DNA of 64,000 bases, from positions 3,712,149 through 3,776,148 of the forward strand of contig JBFWNU010000001.1 of the NCBI GenBank assembly GCA_050250895.1, written 5' to 3'. The notes beneath the pieces are model-generated. The model did not search any database. It was given only the letters and a program-made list of their open reading frames with translations, and was not told the DNA's origin. The first letter of the stretch is position 1. The number at the start of each line of letters is the position of its first letter. Both the position numbers and the translations under genes were made by a program. Below, in pieces: positions 52,056-61,570 of the stretch. This stretch comes from Vulcanimicrobiota bacterium. GTDB lineage: Bacteria > Vulcanimicrobiota > Xenobia > Xenobiales > JADMJV01.

Positions 52056-53324
52056 ATGCAGAGCTTGGTGGGCATTCTGGTGGTAGCAGCGGTGGTCGTG
52101 CTGTTGGCCCGCCGGGCCGAGGTGCGGCTGGTGCTCCTGGGGGGAGGCTTCGTGCTGGCCTGCCTGGGCGGCCAGCCGCTCTTGATCTTCGATGTCTTTG
52201 CCCGGGCCATGGTGGCGGGCCTGGTCGCTCCCATCTGCGCCGCCATGGGTTTTGCGGCGGTCATGACCCACACGGGTTGCGACCGCCACCTGGTCGAGTT
52301 GTTGGCCCGGCCCCTGCGACGGGCGGGAGCAGCCGTGGCCGCCGGGGGGATCGTGGTGGCCTATCTGGTCAATGTGGCCGTGCCCAGCCAGACCAGCACC
52401 GCGGCGGCTGTGGGACCGATTCTTGTTCCTTTAATGCAGGCTAGCGGTTTGTCACCGGTGCAGTCGGGGGCGGCGCTGGTGCTGGGCGCCTCTTTCGGAG
52501 GCGACCTGCTCAATCCGGCCGCCCAGGATCCGATGGCCATCGCCGGCACCACCGAGCTTTCCGCTCCCCTCATCTATGCCCGGGTGTGGCCTGCCAGCTT
52601 GCTCGGACTGCTGGTAGCCGCGGCCGTCTTTCAGTGGCAGGTGCGCAAGTCGCTGTCCGCACCCCGGGCCCTCGACTCCCACGGACAGGTCCATCTGGGT
52701 AAAGCGCTGGTGCCGCTGCTGCCGTTGACCCTCCTGCTTTTGGCCTACGCAGGACTGCCACCCCTGGGCTGGTTGCTCGAGGCCCCGGCTGGAGAGGCCT
52801 GGGAAGCGGTGGCCTCGGGCCTTCCCGTGGTGCGAGCGATGCTGCTGGGCGTGCTGGCCATCGGTTTGCTCTGTCGCGAACCGAACGTCGTTCGCGAGTT
52901 CTTCGAGGGGATGGGCCGAGCGTACGCCAGCATCATCTCGCTGACCATCGTGGCGCAGTGCTTTGGAGCCGGCCTGGCGGCGGTCGGTCTGGCCGACCTC
53001 ATTCTGGCGGCCGTGTCCGGTCACGCCTGGCTGACGGTGAGCATGGCCATCCTCTTCCCTCTGGCTCTGGCCCTCTTATCGGGGTCGGGCTCGGGGCCGA
53101 TTCTGACCTTTGCCCAGACCTTGCTGGTCAAGCTCGGGCCCGGCCACGAGCGGCTGGCCGCCATGGCCTGCCTCTCGGGAGCCTACGGGCGCACGGCTTC
53201 ACCCGTTTCGGCCGTGGTCATCTATTGCGCCGGACTGGTGAATGTCGACCCACGAGAACTGGTGGGCTGGGTTTATCAACCGCTGCTGGCGGGAGCGGTG
53301 GTCTCGTTCTTAGTGGCTCTTTGA
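52056..53324 (+). CDS. dcuC: DcuC-family C4-dicarboxylate transporter
   Basis: ICAAMGFAAVMTHTGCDRHLV, PSQTSTAAAVG, SGSG, GRTASPVSAVVI. Confidence 0.8.
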   Translation: MQSLVGILVVAAVVVLLARRAEVRLVLLGGGFVLACLGGQPLLIFDVFARAMVAGLVAPICAAMGFAAVMTHTGCDRHLVELLARPLRRAGAAVAAGGIVVAYLVNVAVPSQTSTAAAVGPILVPLMQASGLSPVQSGAALVLGASFGGDLLNPAAQDPMAIAGTTELSAPLIYARVWPASLLGLLVAAAVFQWQVRKSLSAPRALDSHGQVHLGKALVPLLPLTLLLLAYAGLPPLGWLLEAPAGEAWEAVASGLPVVRAMLLGVLAIGLLCREPNVVREFFEGMGRAYASIISLTIVAQCFGAGLAAVGLADLILAAVSGHAWLTVSMAILFPLALALLSGSGSGPILTFAQTLLVKLGPGHERLAAMACLSGAYGRTASPVSAVVIYCAGLVNVDPRELVGWVYQPLLAGAVVSFLVAL

Positions 53325-54011
53325 GATCAGGTTCGAGCGCACCGCCGCCAATTGCTCGGGGGTGACTCCCAGGCCGAACAGGTAGGGTTCGATCCCGCCG
53401 GCCTGGTCCACAGCCTTGAATACCTCGGCGATCCAGTCCTCTTGCACCTTCAGTTTGGGGGTGATGCGACGCGAGTGGATATAGTCGTCGAGGATCACCT
53501 CGCGGGGGGTTCCCAGGCTTTCCAGCAGCAAGGCGGTCAAAATGCCGGTCCGGTCTTTGCCGGCCGAGCAGTGAAAAAGGAGGGGATAGGTGTCGGGCTT
53601 GGCCAGGAGGGCGAAGAAGTCGCGGATCAGGGGTCGATTTTCTTCGAGATAGGACCCATAGGCTTCTCGACCCAGCCCATGGCTGTTGGCCATGGGCCAA
53701 TGGAGCTTCTTGAGAGGCGCGGTCAGATAGGTTTTGTCGGGCCCGTCCCTGGTGATCTCGGAGTCGAGCCGCAGTTCGAGAATCGTTTTGAGACCCATCC
53801 CCAACAGCTTTTCGGCATCCGCTCGCGACGCGAAGCAGAGGGCTCCGCTCCGGATCAGTTTGCCGGAGGCGACCGTTCCGCCAGCCGCGGGCAAGCCTCC
53901 CAAACCTCGGGTGTTGCGCGTGCCGTCGAGGGCGATGCGCCGGGCCTCGGGATTGGAGGGAAAGGCCAGGGCCGGGGCCACGGCCAGCAAAAGTAGCAGC
54001 CAGACTCTCAT
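53310..54011 (-). CDS. Secreted tyrosine/lipid phosphatase (IphP/PtpB-like)
   Basis: Signal peptide; NTRGLGG, LIRSG, FHCSAGKDRTG, ILDDY. Confidence 0.9.
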   Translation of the reverse strand: MRVWLLLLLAVAPALAFPSNPEARRIALDGTRNTRGLGGLPAAGGTVASGKLIRSGALCFASRADAEKLLGMGLKTILELRLDSEITRDGPDKTYLTAPLKKLHWPMANSHGLGREAYGSYLEENRPLIRDFFALLAKPDTYPLLFHCSAGKDRTGILTALLLESLGTPREVILDDYIHSRRITPKLKVQEDWIAEVFKAVDQAGGIEPYLFGLGVTPEQLAAVRSNLISKSH

Positions 54012-54499
54012 GGCTTGGGCAGGTGGGGTTTGACCAGGGCTTCGAAGGCTTCCAGCGGCTGGGCGCCGATATGGTGGGCCACGATGGTTCCGTCGGGGTC
54101 GATGACCCAGGTGGTGGGGATGCCCTCTACCGGAGGCAGCTTCTCGAGAAAGCTCTGCACCTCGGGAAGGTCGTGCATCACCACCGGGAAGTTGAGCTGC
54201 AGGCGCTCGGCGCCTTTCTTCATCTGTTCTTCAGACTGGTCATAGGAGATGCCCACCAGCTGCAGTCCCTGGTCTTTGTATTTCTCCTGCAGCTTGACCA
54301 GGTCGGGCATCTCGCCCATGCAAGGTCCGCACCAGGTGGCCCAGCAGTTGATGAGGATGACCTTTCCCTTCAGGCCCTCGGCCGAGATCGCGCCGGACTC
54401 GTGCGGAAAGCTGAACTTGGGGACAGGCCCGCCGGTGGCTTCTTGAGCCAGGGCGGGGAGGGCGCACAACAGGAAGAGACAGAGAATTCTTTGGATCAT
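54008..54499 (-). CDS. TlpA-family thiol:disulfide oxidoreductase
   Basis: Signal peptide; GKVILINCWATWCGPC.GEMP; GIPTT. Confidence 0.92.
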   Translation of the reverse strand: MIQRILCLFLLCALPALAQEATGGPVPKFSFPHESGAISAEGLKGKVILINCWATWCGPCMGEMPDLVKLQEKYKDQGLQLVGISYDQSEEQMKKGAERLQLNFPVVMHDLPEVQSFLEKLPPVEGIPTTWVIDPDGTIVAHHIGAQPLEAFEALVKPHLPKP

Positions 54500-55479
54500 T
54501 TCGTTGCTCCTAACAGCGGATGGGGGGCCGGGACGTCCAACCATTCTAGCCCGGTGAAACCAGCCTGGCGACACATAGTTTCGAGCTGTTCCCGGGTGTA
54601 GACATCGCCGTCATGGGTGTGAACCAGCATGTTGAGACCAAACAGGAACGGGAAGAGGTTGCCCCGATTGGAAAAGTCGGGAATCATCTCGGCAATGATC
54701 AGCACTCCGCCCGGTTTCATCGCTTTGTAGACCCGTTGGAGCAGCTCTTCACATTGGCGATCTCCTTCGGAATGAAGAATGTGGCCAAGGTAGGCGAGGT
54801 CGAATTCTTGCTCGCCCAAATCGACAGTATGAAAGTCTCCCACTCGAAATTCATAGCGGTCTTGCACGCCGTGATTTTTCGCGAACAGACGGGTGACCCG
54901 GTCGAGCACGGGCTGCAGATCCACGGCCGTGACCTGGGCCTGAGGAGCCACTTCGGCGGCCGCAATACTCCAAACTCCCGAGCCGGCCCCGATGTCGAGC
55001 ACTCGCGTCCGGCTTGCCGCCCAATGACGGGCGGCCGCCTGGGCGGCCGGGTAGTTGAGGTTGAACAAGGCGTCGACCCAGACCGCAAAGAACTCGCCCC
55101 GATCACCCTCGAGGGCCGGGACCGGCGTCGTCCCGCTCACTACCGCCGGGGTCAGCTTGGACCAACTCTCCCAGGACATGTCGGATTGAATGGTCAGACC
55201 CCCTAGATAGCTGGGGCGCCCTTTGACCAGAAACGCCTCTGAAGCCTCGGAAAGACGAAGTCTGTCGCCCTCACGTTCGAGTAGTTCCATCGACCACAGG
55301 GCGTCGGTCAGGAGCCGCACGCCCCGGGGCGAAGCCCCGGTGCAGGAGGCCAGTTCCTCGACCGTCTTGGCACCGGAGGAGAGATGAGTGAAGAGGTCGA
55401 GTTCGACCGCGGTCGAGAGCGCCCGGGCGGGCACGTGGGCGAAGGTGTAGCGTAAGACTGTATCGGGTGTCACTGGCAT
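54496..55479 (-). CDS. SAM-dependent O-methyltransferase (family 2, dimerisation domain)
   Basis: AVELDLFTHL, VLDIGAGSG, GDF, GHILH, KPGG. Confidence 0.92.
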   Translation of the reverse strand: MPVTPDTVLRYTFAHVPARALSTAVELDLFTHLSSGAKTVEELASCTGASPRGVRLLTDALWSMELLEREGDRLRLSEASEAFLVKGRPSYLGGLTIQSDMSWESWSKLTPAVVSGTTPVPALEGDRGEFFAVWVDALFNLNYPAAQAAARHWAASRTRVLDIGAGSGVWSIAAAEVAPQAQVTAVDLQPVLDRVTRLFAKNHGVQDRYEFRVGDFHTVDLGEQEFDLAYLGHILHSEGDRQCEELLQRVYKAMKPGGVLIIAEMIPDFSNRGNLFPFLFGLNMLVHTHDGDVYTREQLETMCRQAGFTGLEWLDVPAPHPLLGATK

Positions 55480-55553
55480 GGCCCAAGCTACGATGACGGA
55501 CTGCCATCCTCCTGGATGCAGGGGTTTTGGATACAGAGGCCAAGTGCTTGAGT

Positions 55554-57908
55554 ATGATCGGCGTCCGTCAAGGTTTGCAGCGCCGAGCCGATCAACTCGG
55601 CGAACTCTACGCGTTGACCGAAGCCGTCTCTCGGGCTGTCCGGCTAGAAGAGATCTACGAGGTTGCCATGGCCGGGTTACGCAGCGCGCTGGGTGCTGAC
55701 CGCACTGCAGTCTTGCTGTTCGACGCGCAACAGCAGATGCGCTTCAAAGCCTGGACTCATCTCTCGGATAGCTATCGCCAGGCTGTCGAGGCCCACTCGC
55801 CCTGGGCTCCCGACACCGTCGACCCCCAACCCGTCTTCGTACCCGACATCCTCGAAGACCCGAGTCTCGAGCCATTCCTCGAGGTGGTCACCCAGGAGGG
55901 CATCCGCTCGCTGAACTTCATTCCCCTGGTGGCCGAAGGCAGGCTGCTGGGGAAATTGATGCTCTATTACGACCAGCCGCGAGAGTTCGAAGACGACGAG
56001 AAGAGTCTGGCTGCTTCTTGCGCCTCGCAGATCGCATTCGGCATCGTCCGGCAGCTCAGCCAGGACGCGTTGCGCCACAGTCAACAACGCCTCGAACGAG
56101 CCCTCGATGCCGGACACATGGGCACGTGGGACTATGAACTCCACAGTCAGCGAGTGGTCTGGTCGCCCCAGGTCGAGGCTATCCACGGCCTGCCTCGGGG
56201 TAGCTTCGACGGAACCTTCGAAGCGGCTATCAGCGCGGTGCACCCTGACGATCGCGAGCGCGTCATGGCGGCGCTCGAGGCGGCGGCCCAGGGAAAGGTC
56301 GCCTTTGATGAGGAGTATCGGCTGGTCTGGCCCGACGGCAATGTGGTCTGGGTGCACGGCAAAGGCGATGTGGTGCGCGACCGCGACGGAGCCGTCGCAC
56401 GCCTGGCCGGCATCTGCATGGACGTGACCGAACGCAAGCACCGCGACCTTCTGCTGGCCGGGCAGAAAGAGGTCAAGGAGCTGATCATTCGGGGAGCTCC
56501 CTTACCTCAGGTGCTCGACCGTCTGGCCCGGCTGACCGAGAGCCAGGTGGAGGCGGTCAGCGCTTGCATCTGGTTAGTCGACCAGGAGCCGCACCCCCCG
56601 GACGGCCTGGTCCTGGGCTGGAGTCTCCCCTTGCTAAGTTCCAACGGCGAAAAGCTGGGCGTCTTTGCTCTTTATCGCCTCGAGCAACACGAGTCTCTAC
56701 TGCAGGACTTGCAGGTGTTGGAAGTGCTCTCGCAGACCGCCGCCATCGCCATCGAGCGACACCGGGCCGAGCAGGCCCTGCTGCTGGCCAAAGAGGCGGC
56801 CGACGCCGCCAATCAAGCGAAAAGCCAATTCCTGGCTAACGTCAGCCACGAGATTCGCACTCCCATGAACGGCATCGTTGGCGCCGTGGGTCTGTTGCGC
56901 CAGACCGCTCTCGACGCCGAGCAGAACGAATTGCTCGACATGGTCAAGATGTGCTCCGAGGTGCTCTTGACGGTCATCGACGATGTCCTCGACATCTCGA
57001 AGATCGAGGCCGGCGAGTTGCGTCTGGCGAGAGAGTCGTTTGATTTGCAAGCGACTCTCGAAGAGTGCGTAGCGCTGATGCGCGAGCCCGCCTCGGCCCG
57101 GGGCCTGACCGTCGGCCTCGAGACGGCCGATCTGCCCCTCGTGGAGGGCGATGCCATGCGCCTGCGCCAGGTCGTGCTCAACCTGCTCAACAACGCCGTC
57201 AAGTTCACCAATGATGGTCGCATCGACCTGCGGCTGCGGTGCCTGCGCTCGAACGTCGAACAGCTCGAAGTGCGGATCGAGGTCGAGGATACCGGCATCG
57301 GCATCTCACCCAGCCAGCGCGCTCGCTTGTTTCGCCCCTTTAGCCAGGTCGACGTCGGCTCGTCGCGGCGCTATGGAGGGACCGGCCTGGGTCTATCCAT
57401 CTCCAAGCAACTCGTCGAGATGATGGGCGGGACGATCGGCCTCGAATCCGAGGTCGGACGTGGCTCGCTCTTCTGGTTCACCGCGACCTTTCCCCGGGCC
57501 GCCCAGTCGACCGCACCCGCCACCACCTCTCCCCGGCCCGGCAGTTCAGACTTGCGCATCCTGGTGGCCGAAGACAACCCCATCAACCGTCGCGTGCTGC
57601 TGATGCAGCTGGAAGAGCTTGGCTACCAGGCCGAAGCTGTTTCGCACGGAGGCGAGGCCCTGAGCCTGCTCTCCGAGAGCGAATTCGACGTGGTTCTCAT
57701 GGATTGCCAGATGCCCCAGGTCGACGGCTACGAGGCCACCCGTCGGCTTCGCGCCCGGGCCGGCCACCAGCCCGTGGTGATCGCCCTCACGGCTCACGCC
57801 CTCGAGGGCGAACGAGAGAAATGCCTCGAGGCCGGTATGGACGACTATCTCCGCAAGCCCGTGCCTCCCGAGGAACTCCACTCGGTTCTCGAGCGCTGGG
57901 CTGGCTAA
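55554..57908 (+). CDS. Hybrid histidine kinase (GAF, PAS, GAF, HisKA, HATPase, REC)
   Basis: VHPDDR PAS; AKSQFLANVSHEIRTPMNG; NLLNNAVKFT; GGTGLGL; VAEDN, MDCQMP. Confidence 0.95.
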   Translation: MIGVRQGLQRRADQLGELYALTEAVSRAVRLEEIYEVAMAGLRSALGADRTAVLLFDAQQQMRFKAWTHLSDSYRQAVEAHSPWAPDTVDPQPVFVPDILEDPSLEPFLEVVTQEGIRSLNFIPLVAEGRLLGKLMLYYDQPREFEDDEKSLAASCASQIAFGIVRQLSQDALRHSQQRLERALDAGHMGTWDYELHSQRVVWSPQVEAIHGLPRGSFDGTFEAAISAVHPDDRERVMAALEAAAQGKVAFDEEYRLVWPDGNVVWVHGKGDVVRDRDGAVARLAGICMDVTERKHRDLLLAGQKEVKELIIRGAPLPQVLDRLARLTESQVEAVSACIWLVDQEPHPPDGLVLGWSLPLLSSNGEKLGVFALYRLEQHESLLQDLQVLEVLSQTAAIAIERHRAEQALLLAKEAADAANQAKSQFLANVSHEIRTPMNGIVGAVGLLRQTALDAEQNELLDMVKMCSEVLLTVIDDVLDISKIEAGELRLARESFDLQATLEECVALMREPASARGLTVGLETADLPLVEGDAMRLRQVVLNLLNNAVKFTNDGRIDLRLRCLRSNVEQLEVRIEVEDTGIGISPSQRARLFRPFSQVDVGSSRRYGGTGLGLSISKQLVEMMGGTIGLESEVGRGSLFWFTATFPRAAQSTAPATTSPRPGSSDLRILVAEDNPINRRVLLMQLEELGYQAEAVSHGGEALSLLSESEFDVVLMDCQMPQVDGYEATRRLRARAGHQPVVIALTAHALEGEREKCLEAGMDDYLRKPVPPEELHSVLERWAG

Positions 57909-57919
57909 TCCCTGGTACC

Positions 57920-58645
57920 CCGGTTGGCCCGGTTGGCCCCGGTTTGGCCCGGTTGGCCCCGGTTTGGACCGGTTGGGCCGAGTACGGCACGTGGTAGCGC
58001 CGAATTCGGCACCTGGTGGTGCCGTATCCCAGGCTTGGCCCGGTCGGCCCGGGCTTGGCCCGGTTGGGCCGAGTACGGCACGTGGTAGTGCCGAATTCGG
58101 CACCTGATGGCGCCGTACACCGGGCTTGGCCCGGTTGGGCCGAGTACGGCACGTGGTAGTGCCGAGTTCGGCACCTGGTGGTGCCGTACCCCGGGCTTGG
58201 CCCGGTTGGCCCCGGTTTGGCCCGGTTGGGCCGAGTACGGCACGTGGTAGCGCCGAATTCGGCACCTGGTGGTGCCGTACCCCAGGCTTGGCCCGGTCGG
58301 CCCGGGCTTGGCCCGGTTGGGCCGAGTACGGCACCGGGTAGCGCCGAATTCGGCACCTGGTGGTGCCGTACCCCAGGCTTGGCCCGGTCGGCCCCGGTTT
58401 GGCCCGGTTGGGCCGAGTACGGCACGTGGTAGCGCCGGATTCGGCACCTGATGGCGCCGTACCCCGGGCTTGGCCCGGCGGGGCAGAGTACGGCACCGGG
58501 TAGCGCCGCACCCCGGGTTTGGCCCGGTTGGGCCGAGTACGGCACGTGGTAGCGCCGAATTCGGCACCTGGTGGTGCCGTACCCCGGGCTTGGCCCGGCG
58601 GGGCCGAGTACGGCACCAGGTAGCGCCGTACCGCCGGCTTTGGCC
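57920..58645. repeat. Array of 9 palindromic GTACGGCAC units, same family as 48795-49230
   Basis: GAGTACGGCAC at 57980, 58071, 58142, 58233, 58324, 58415, 58486, 58535 and 58606. Confidence 0.9.
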
Positions 58646-58835
58646 AGTTGCTTCGGCGAGGCCAAGATTCGATAACGAACACACGATCACTAGGGGCTCG
58701 GACGGGAATGGGCTGTCAGGGCTGAGACTGCGGGTCACAGGGCGCGTTCGCTAACACAATTTTAGCAAAGAATCGGCAATAGCCAGCTAAAGTTCTCGCA
58801 ACCTTCCGGACAAGTGGGTGGATGATAATCGTGAT

Positions 58836-59645
58836 ATGAACATTCCAGGCTACTTTGGAGAGCAAATTCGAACTGCCCGCAAGGGGAAGCAGTGGACCCA
58901 GCGCCAGGTTGAGGCCAGGCTCGAACTTCGCCGTGGCAGGTTGTCAGATCTAGAGAACAATCGCCGGCCTCCGACCGCGAGCGAACTCATCGAACTCGCG
59001 CGACTACTCGAGGTTCCGGTGGGCCGTTTGCGGAGCACCCTGGACGAGCCCGAGGAAGATTCTCTGGCTGCGGCCCGGAAGCGGTTCGCACCGAGCAATC
59101 GCTTCTATCCCAAGCAAGACCGTCCCAGTTTTGTCAGACTGGTGGCCGCGCGCCAAAAGTATCCCGAGCAGTGTCGGCAACTCGAATGGCTCATCGGGGA
59201 TCGGCCAGACCTGAGCAAAGTCCAGCTCTACTTGCGGGATCAGGCTTTCGATTCGAGGTTGGAAATGCTCGCGCATCTCCAGTTGCTAGTAGAGGGGGCC
59301 CGTCCCTGTTGGGAGTCTCCGGCGGCCTGGGGATTTGAGTCCGAGACCGTGATTGACCCGGTGAGTGGGCTTGGCATCGGCGGGCGTCGTCGACCCGCCT
59401 TGTATCTGGCTGGGCCGTCGGAGGCTATCATCTTTGCTCAGGTTGGCGTGCTGCTGTCTCGGCGAGCCTGCCTGGACCTGCTGGTGGGGACGCGCTCGGG
59501 CTGGCATTTCGTTGAGTTGGATGGAAAGGGGCACGATCCGTGGACCGATGCTCTGCGGGATGAAGTGTCGATTCCGATCGTTCGCTTCAACGAGGACGAG
59601 GTGTTGCGAGGAGGAATTCAGGGCTGGCTAGCCAGGGCGGCTTAG
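58836..59645 (+). CDS. XRE-family HTH fused to a DUF559/Vsr-like endonuclease domain
   Basis: IRTARKGKQWTQRQV..LSDLENNRRPP HTH; DSRLE, LDLLV..FVELDGKGH..DALRD..IVRF. Confidence 0.72.
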   Translation: MNIPGYFGEQIRTARKGKQWTQRQVEARLELRRGRLSDLENNRRPPTASELIELARLLEVPVGRLRSTLDEPEEDSLAAARKRFAPSNRFYPKQDRPSFVRLVAARQKYPEQCRQLEWLIGDRPDLSKVQLYLRDQAFDSRLEMLAHLQLLVEGARPCWESPAAWGFESETVIDPVSGLGIGGRRRPALYLAGPSEAIIFAQVGVLLSRRACLDLLVGTRSGWHFVELDGKGHDPWTDALRDEVSIPIVRFNEDEVLRGGIQGWLARAA

Positions 59646-59712
59646 TCCCAGTCAAGGTCCGGGCGGCTTAGTCCCAGTCAAGGTCCGGGCGGCTTAGTCC
59701 CAGTCAAGGTCC
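59635..59712. repeat. 3 x 26-bp perfect tandem repeat
   Basis: GGGCGGCTTAGTCCCAGTCAAGGTCC at 59635, 59661 and 59687. Confidence 0.95.
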
Positions 59713-61412
59713 AGGTGGCACTGCTTGTATTTCTTGCCGCTACCGCACCAGCATGGGTCGTTACGACCGGGTTTTTTCAGGCGCGGAGTGGCGTCAGCCA
59801 GGTCGGCGGGGGAGGTCGGCCAGGTGACGCGGGCCTCGCGGCCGTCGCGGAGCGTGACGATCTGCTCCGAGTCGCCCTCGAGATCAAACTCGAAAGCCAC
59901 GGCCATCAGGTCAGTCATGAGTCGAAAGTCGTTGGTAGTTCCGGCTCCCCGGTCGGTAAAGCAATAGGGAACGACATCCACGTCCAAGGTGTGCAGATCG
60001 AGATCGTCGATCTCATCCCGTAGATGCACCGCTTCGGCCCCCTCGAGGTAGGTGACCAGGGCTTCGGGCTTGGCCCCGTCGCGCTCGGCCAGCACGTCCG
60101 AGGCGCTGCGGTCGTCGGTGAAGACCGCCAGGCCGTATTGCTCGGTCTCGCCTCCCCAGAGGCTGAGCAGGACCGGGTTGCGAGTCAGGCCCTCGACCAG
60201 CATGAGCTGCTCCTCTTCGATCTCGAGCCAGGGAGCCGTCAGGGCGAAACTGGCGGCCGTGAGCAGAAAGTGGTGTAGAACCTCGCGGTCGACGCCTTCA
60301 AAGGTCCAGTCGATGCCCTCCAGCAGGTTCTCGACCGTCTCCATGCCACGTTCCACCAGGGGGAGGGCGCGGCGGCTTTCGACCTTGAGACCGGTGTGGT
60401 CGCGCAGCAAGTCGACCAGGCGCCGATCGTCGACCACCAGCGCTTCTGGTCGCTCGTTCTCTTGGAGTGCCTCGTCGACAGTAGAGAAGAGCAACTCGAG
60501 GTCTTCATCGCGAGGACCGGATTGGAGGTTGAGGGTTTCGCCTCCGGGTTCGGACATCACCACCACGATCTCGAGGCCCTCTTCGCGAGGGAAGCGCTTG
60601 ACCAGATAGCGCAGCGCGGCGCGGTGGGGTTCGAGCTTGGTCAGGATCTGAGCGAACTCGGGGCTGTCTCGATCCAGCTCGAACAGGCCTTCAGAGTTCT
60701 TCACGATGGGCTTCTGTTGGCGCCACGACTTGATCAGGCTCTCTTCGCCAGCGGAAAGGTTGACGCCGGTGAGCGTTAGCCGGCGGGCCAGTTCGCTGAG
60801 AGGCAGGGGCTCTTCTTCGAGCAAGGCAGCTACCATGGCTTGCTTGATGTTGAGGCGAGCGGTCTTGTAGACATGCAGGGTGGGAGCCGGGTCGTCGGGC
60901 GGGAAATACCGCTCGAGAGCCCGGTCGATGCCTCGATAGTCGGGTTCTTCAAAGTCGAAGTCGTGTCCGACTGACTGGACCATCTGTTGGTGCTCAGGGT
61001 GGTCGGGGTTGACCAGGGCCTCGAAGGCGGGGATGCCGCCGCAATCTTCGGGCGGGGCCGGACCGGCCGCGGCCAGCAGCATTGGATAGTGGCAACTGGC
61101 CGCGTAGGGTCGAAGGATCTCGATGCCCATCTGCCAGTCGTCACCAAAGTCGTAGCGATAGAGAAAGTCGGGACGGTCGACCAGTAGTTCCCACAGGGGA
61201 ACCCTCTCGTCATTGCTGCCCTCGACAAACTCGGGGTCACCATAGACCTCGCCGTAGATCTCGAAGCTGTGGAGATGCCGATTTTCCCACAGCATGGACG
61301 CCTGCAGGGCCAAATGCAGGTCCAACAACGTCAGGTCGCCTGGCATTCGCAGGTGCCGCACGACTTCCACGTCGGTGTCCAGGAGGGTACAGCGTAGGTG
61401 GTAATCTTTCAT
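59694..61412 (-). CDS. pRiA4b ORF-3-like protein with C-terminal SEC-C motif
   Basis: TLLDLH..LQ..M.WENRHLHSF, YRYDFGDDW, PPEDCGG; GRNDPCWCGSGKKYKQCH. Confidence 0.88.
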   Translation of the reverse strand: MKDYHLRCTLLDTDVEVVRHLRMPGDLTLLDLHLALQASMLWENRHLHSFEIYGEVYGDPEFVEGSNDERVPLWELLVDRPDFLYRYDFGDDWQMGIEILRPYAASCHYPMLLAAAGPAPPEDCGGIPAFEALVNPDHPEHQQMVQSVGHDFDFEEPDYRGIDRALERYFPPDDPAPTLHVYKTARLNIKQAMVAALLEEEPLPLSELARRLTLTGVNLSAGEESLIKSWRQQKPIVKNSEGLFELDRDSPEFAQILTKLEPHRAALRYLVKRFPREEGLEIVVVMSEPGGETLNLQSGPRDEDLELLFSTVDEALQENERPEALVVDDRRLVDLLRDHTGLKVESRRALPLVERGMETVENLLEGIDWTFEGVDREVLHHFLLTAASFALTAPWLEIEEEQLMLVEGLTRNPVLLSLWGGETEQYGLAVFTDDRSASDVLAERDGAKPEALVTYLEGAEAVHLRDEIDDLDLHTLDVDVVPYCFTDRGAGTTNDFRLMTDLMAVAFEFDLEGDSEQIVTLRDGREARVTWPTSPADLADATPRLKKPGRNDPCWCGSGKKYKQCHLDLDWD

Positions 61413-61570
61413 TTTCGCAGACGCCTTTCGCCAAGGGGGTTGACCTGCCCTAGGCGGGTGTGGATAGACTTTTTAGGAGCGCTTGCGCTTCCATTCCCCG
61501 GAGCCGATCAGCCGGCTCGAAGGCGAACGGGTCGCCCACGGTTTGCTCAGGAGTGGTATCCTGGTGAAAG

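Noticed and set aside
57920-58645. CRISPR array
   Set aside because: Inter-repeat segments are themselves repetitive rather than unique spacers; no cas genes; the same holds for 48795-49230
57546-58738. Long repetitive minus-strand ORFs (also 48671-49454)
   Set aside because: Open only because the GC-rich repeat lacks stops; three frames are equally open
58750-58767. TAACA-N6-TAGCA as another regulon box
   Set aside because: Equally explained as the palindrome GCTAA-N7-TTAGC (possible XRE operator); ambiguous, so not counted
59694-61412. Mobile element implied by the pRiA4b ORF-3 domain
   Set aside because: No transposase, integrase or terminal inverted repeats in the window
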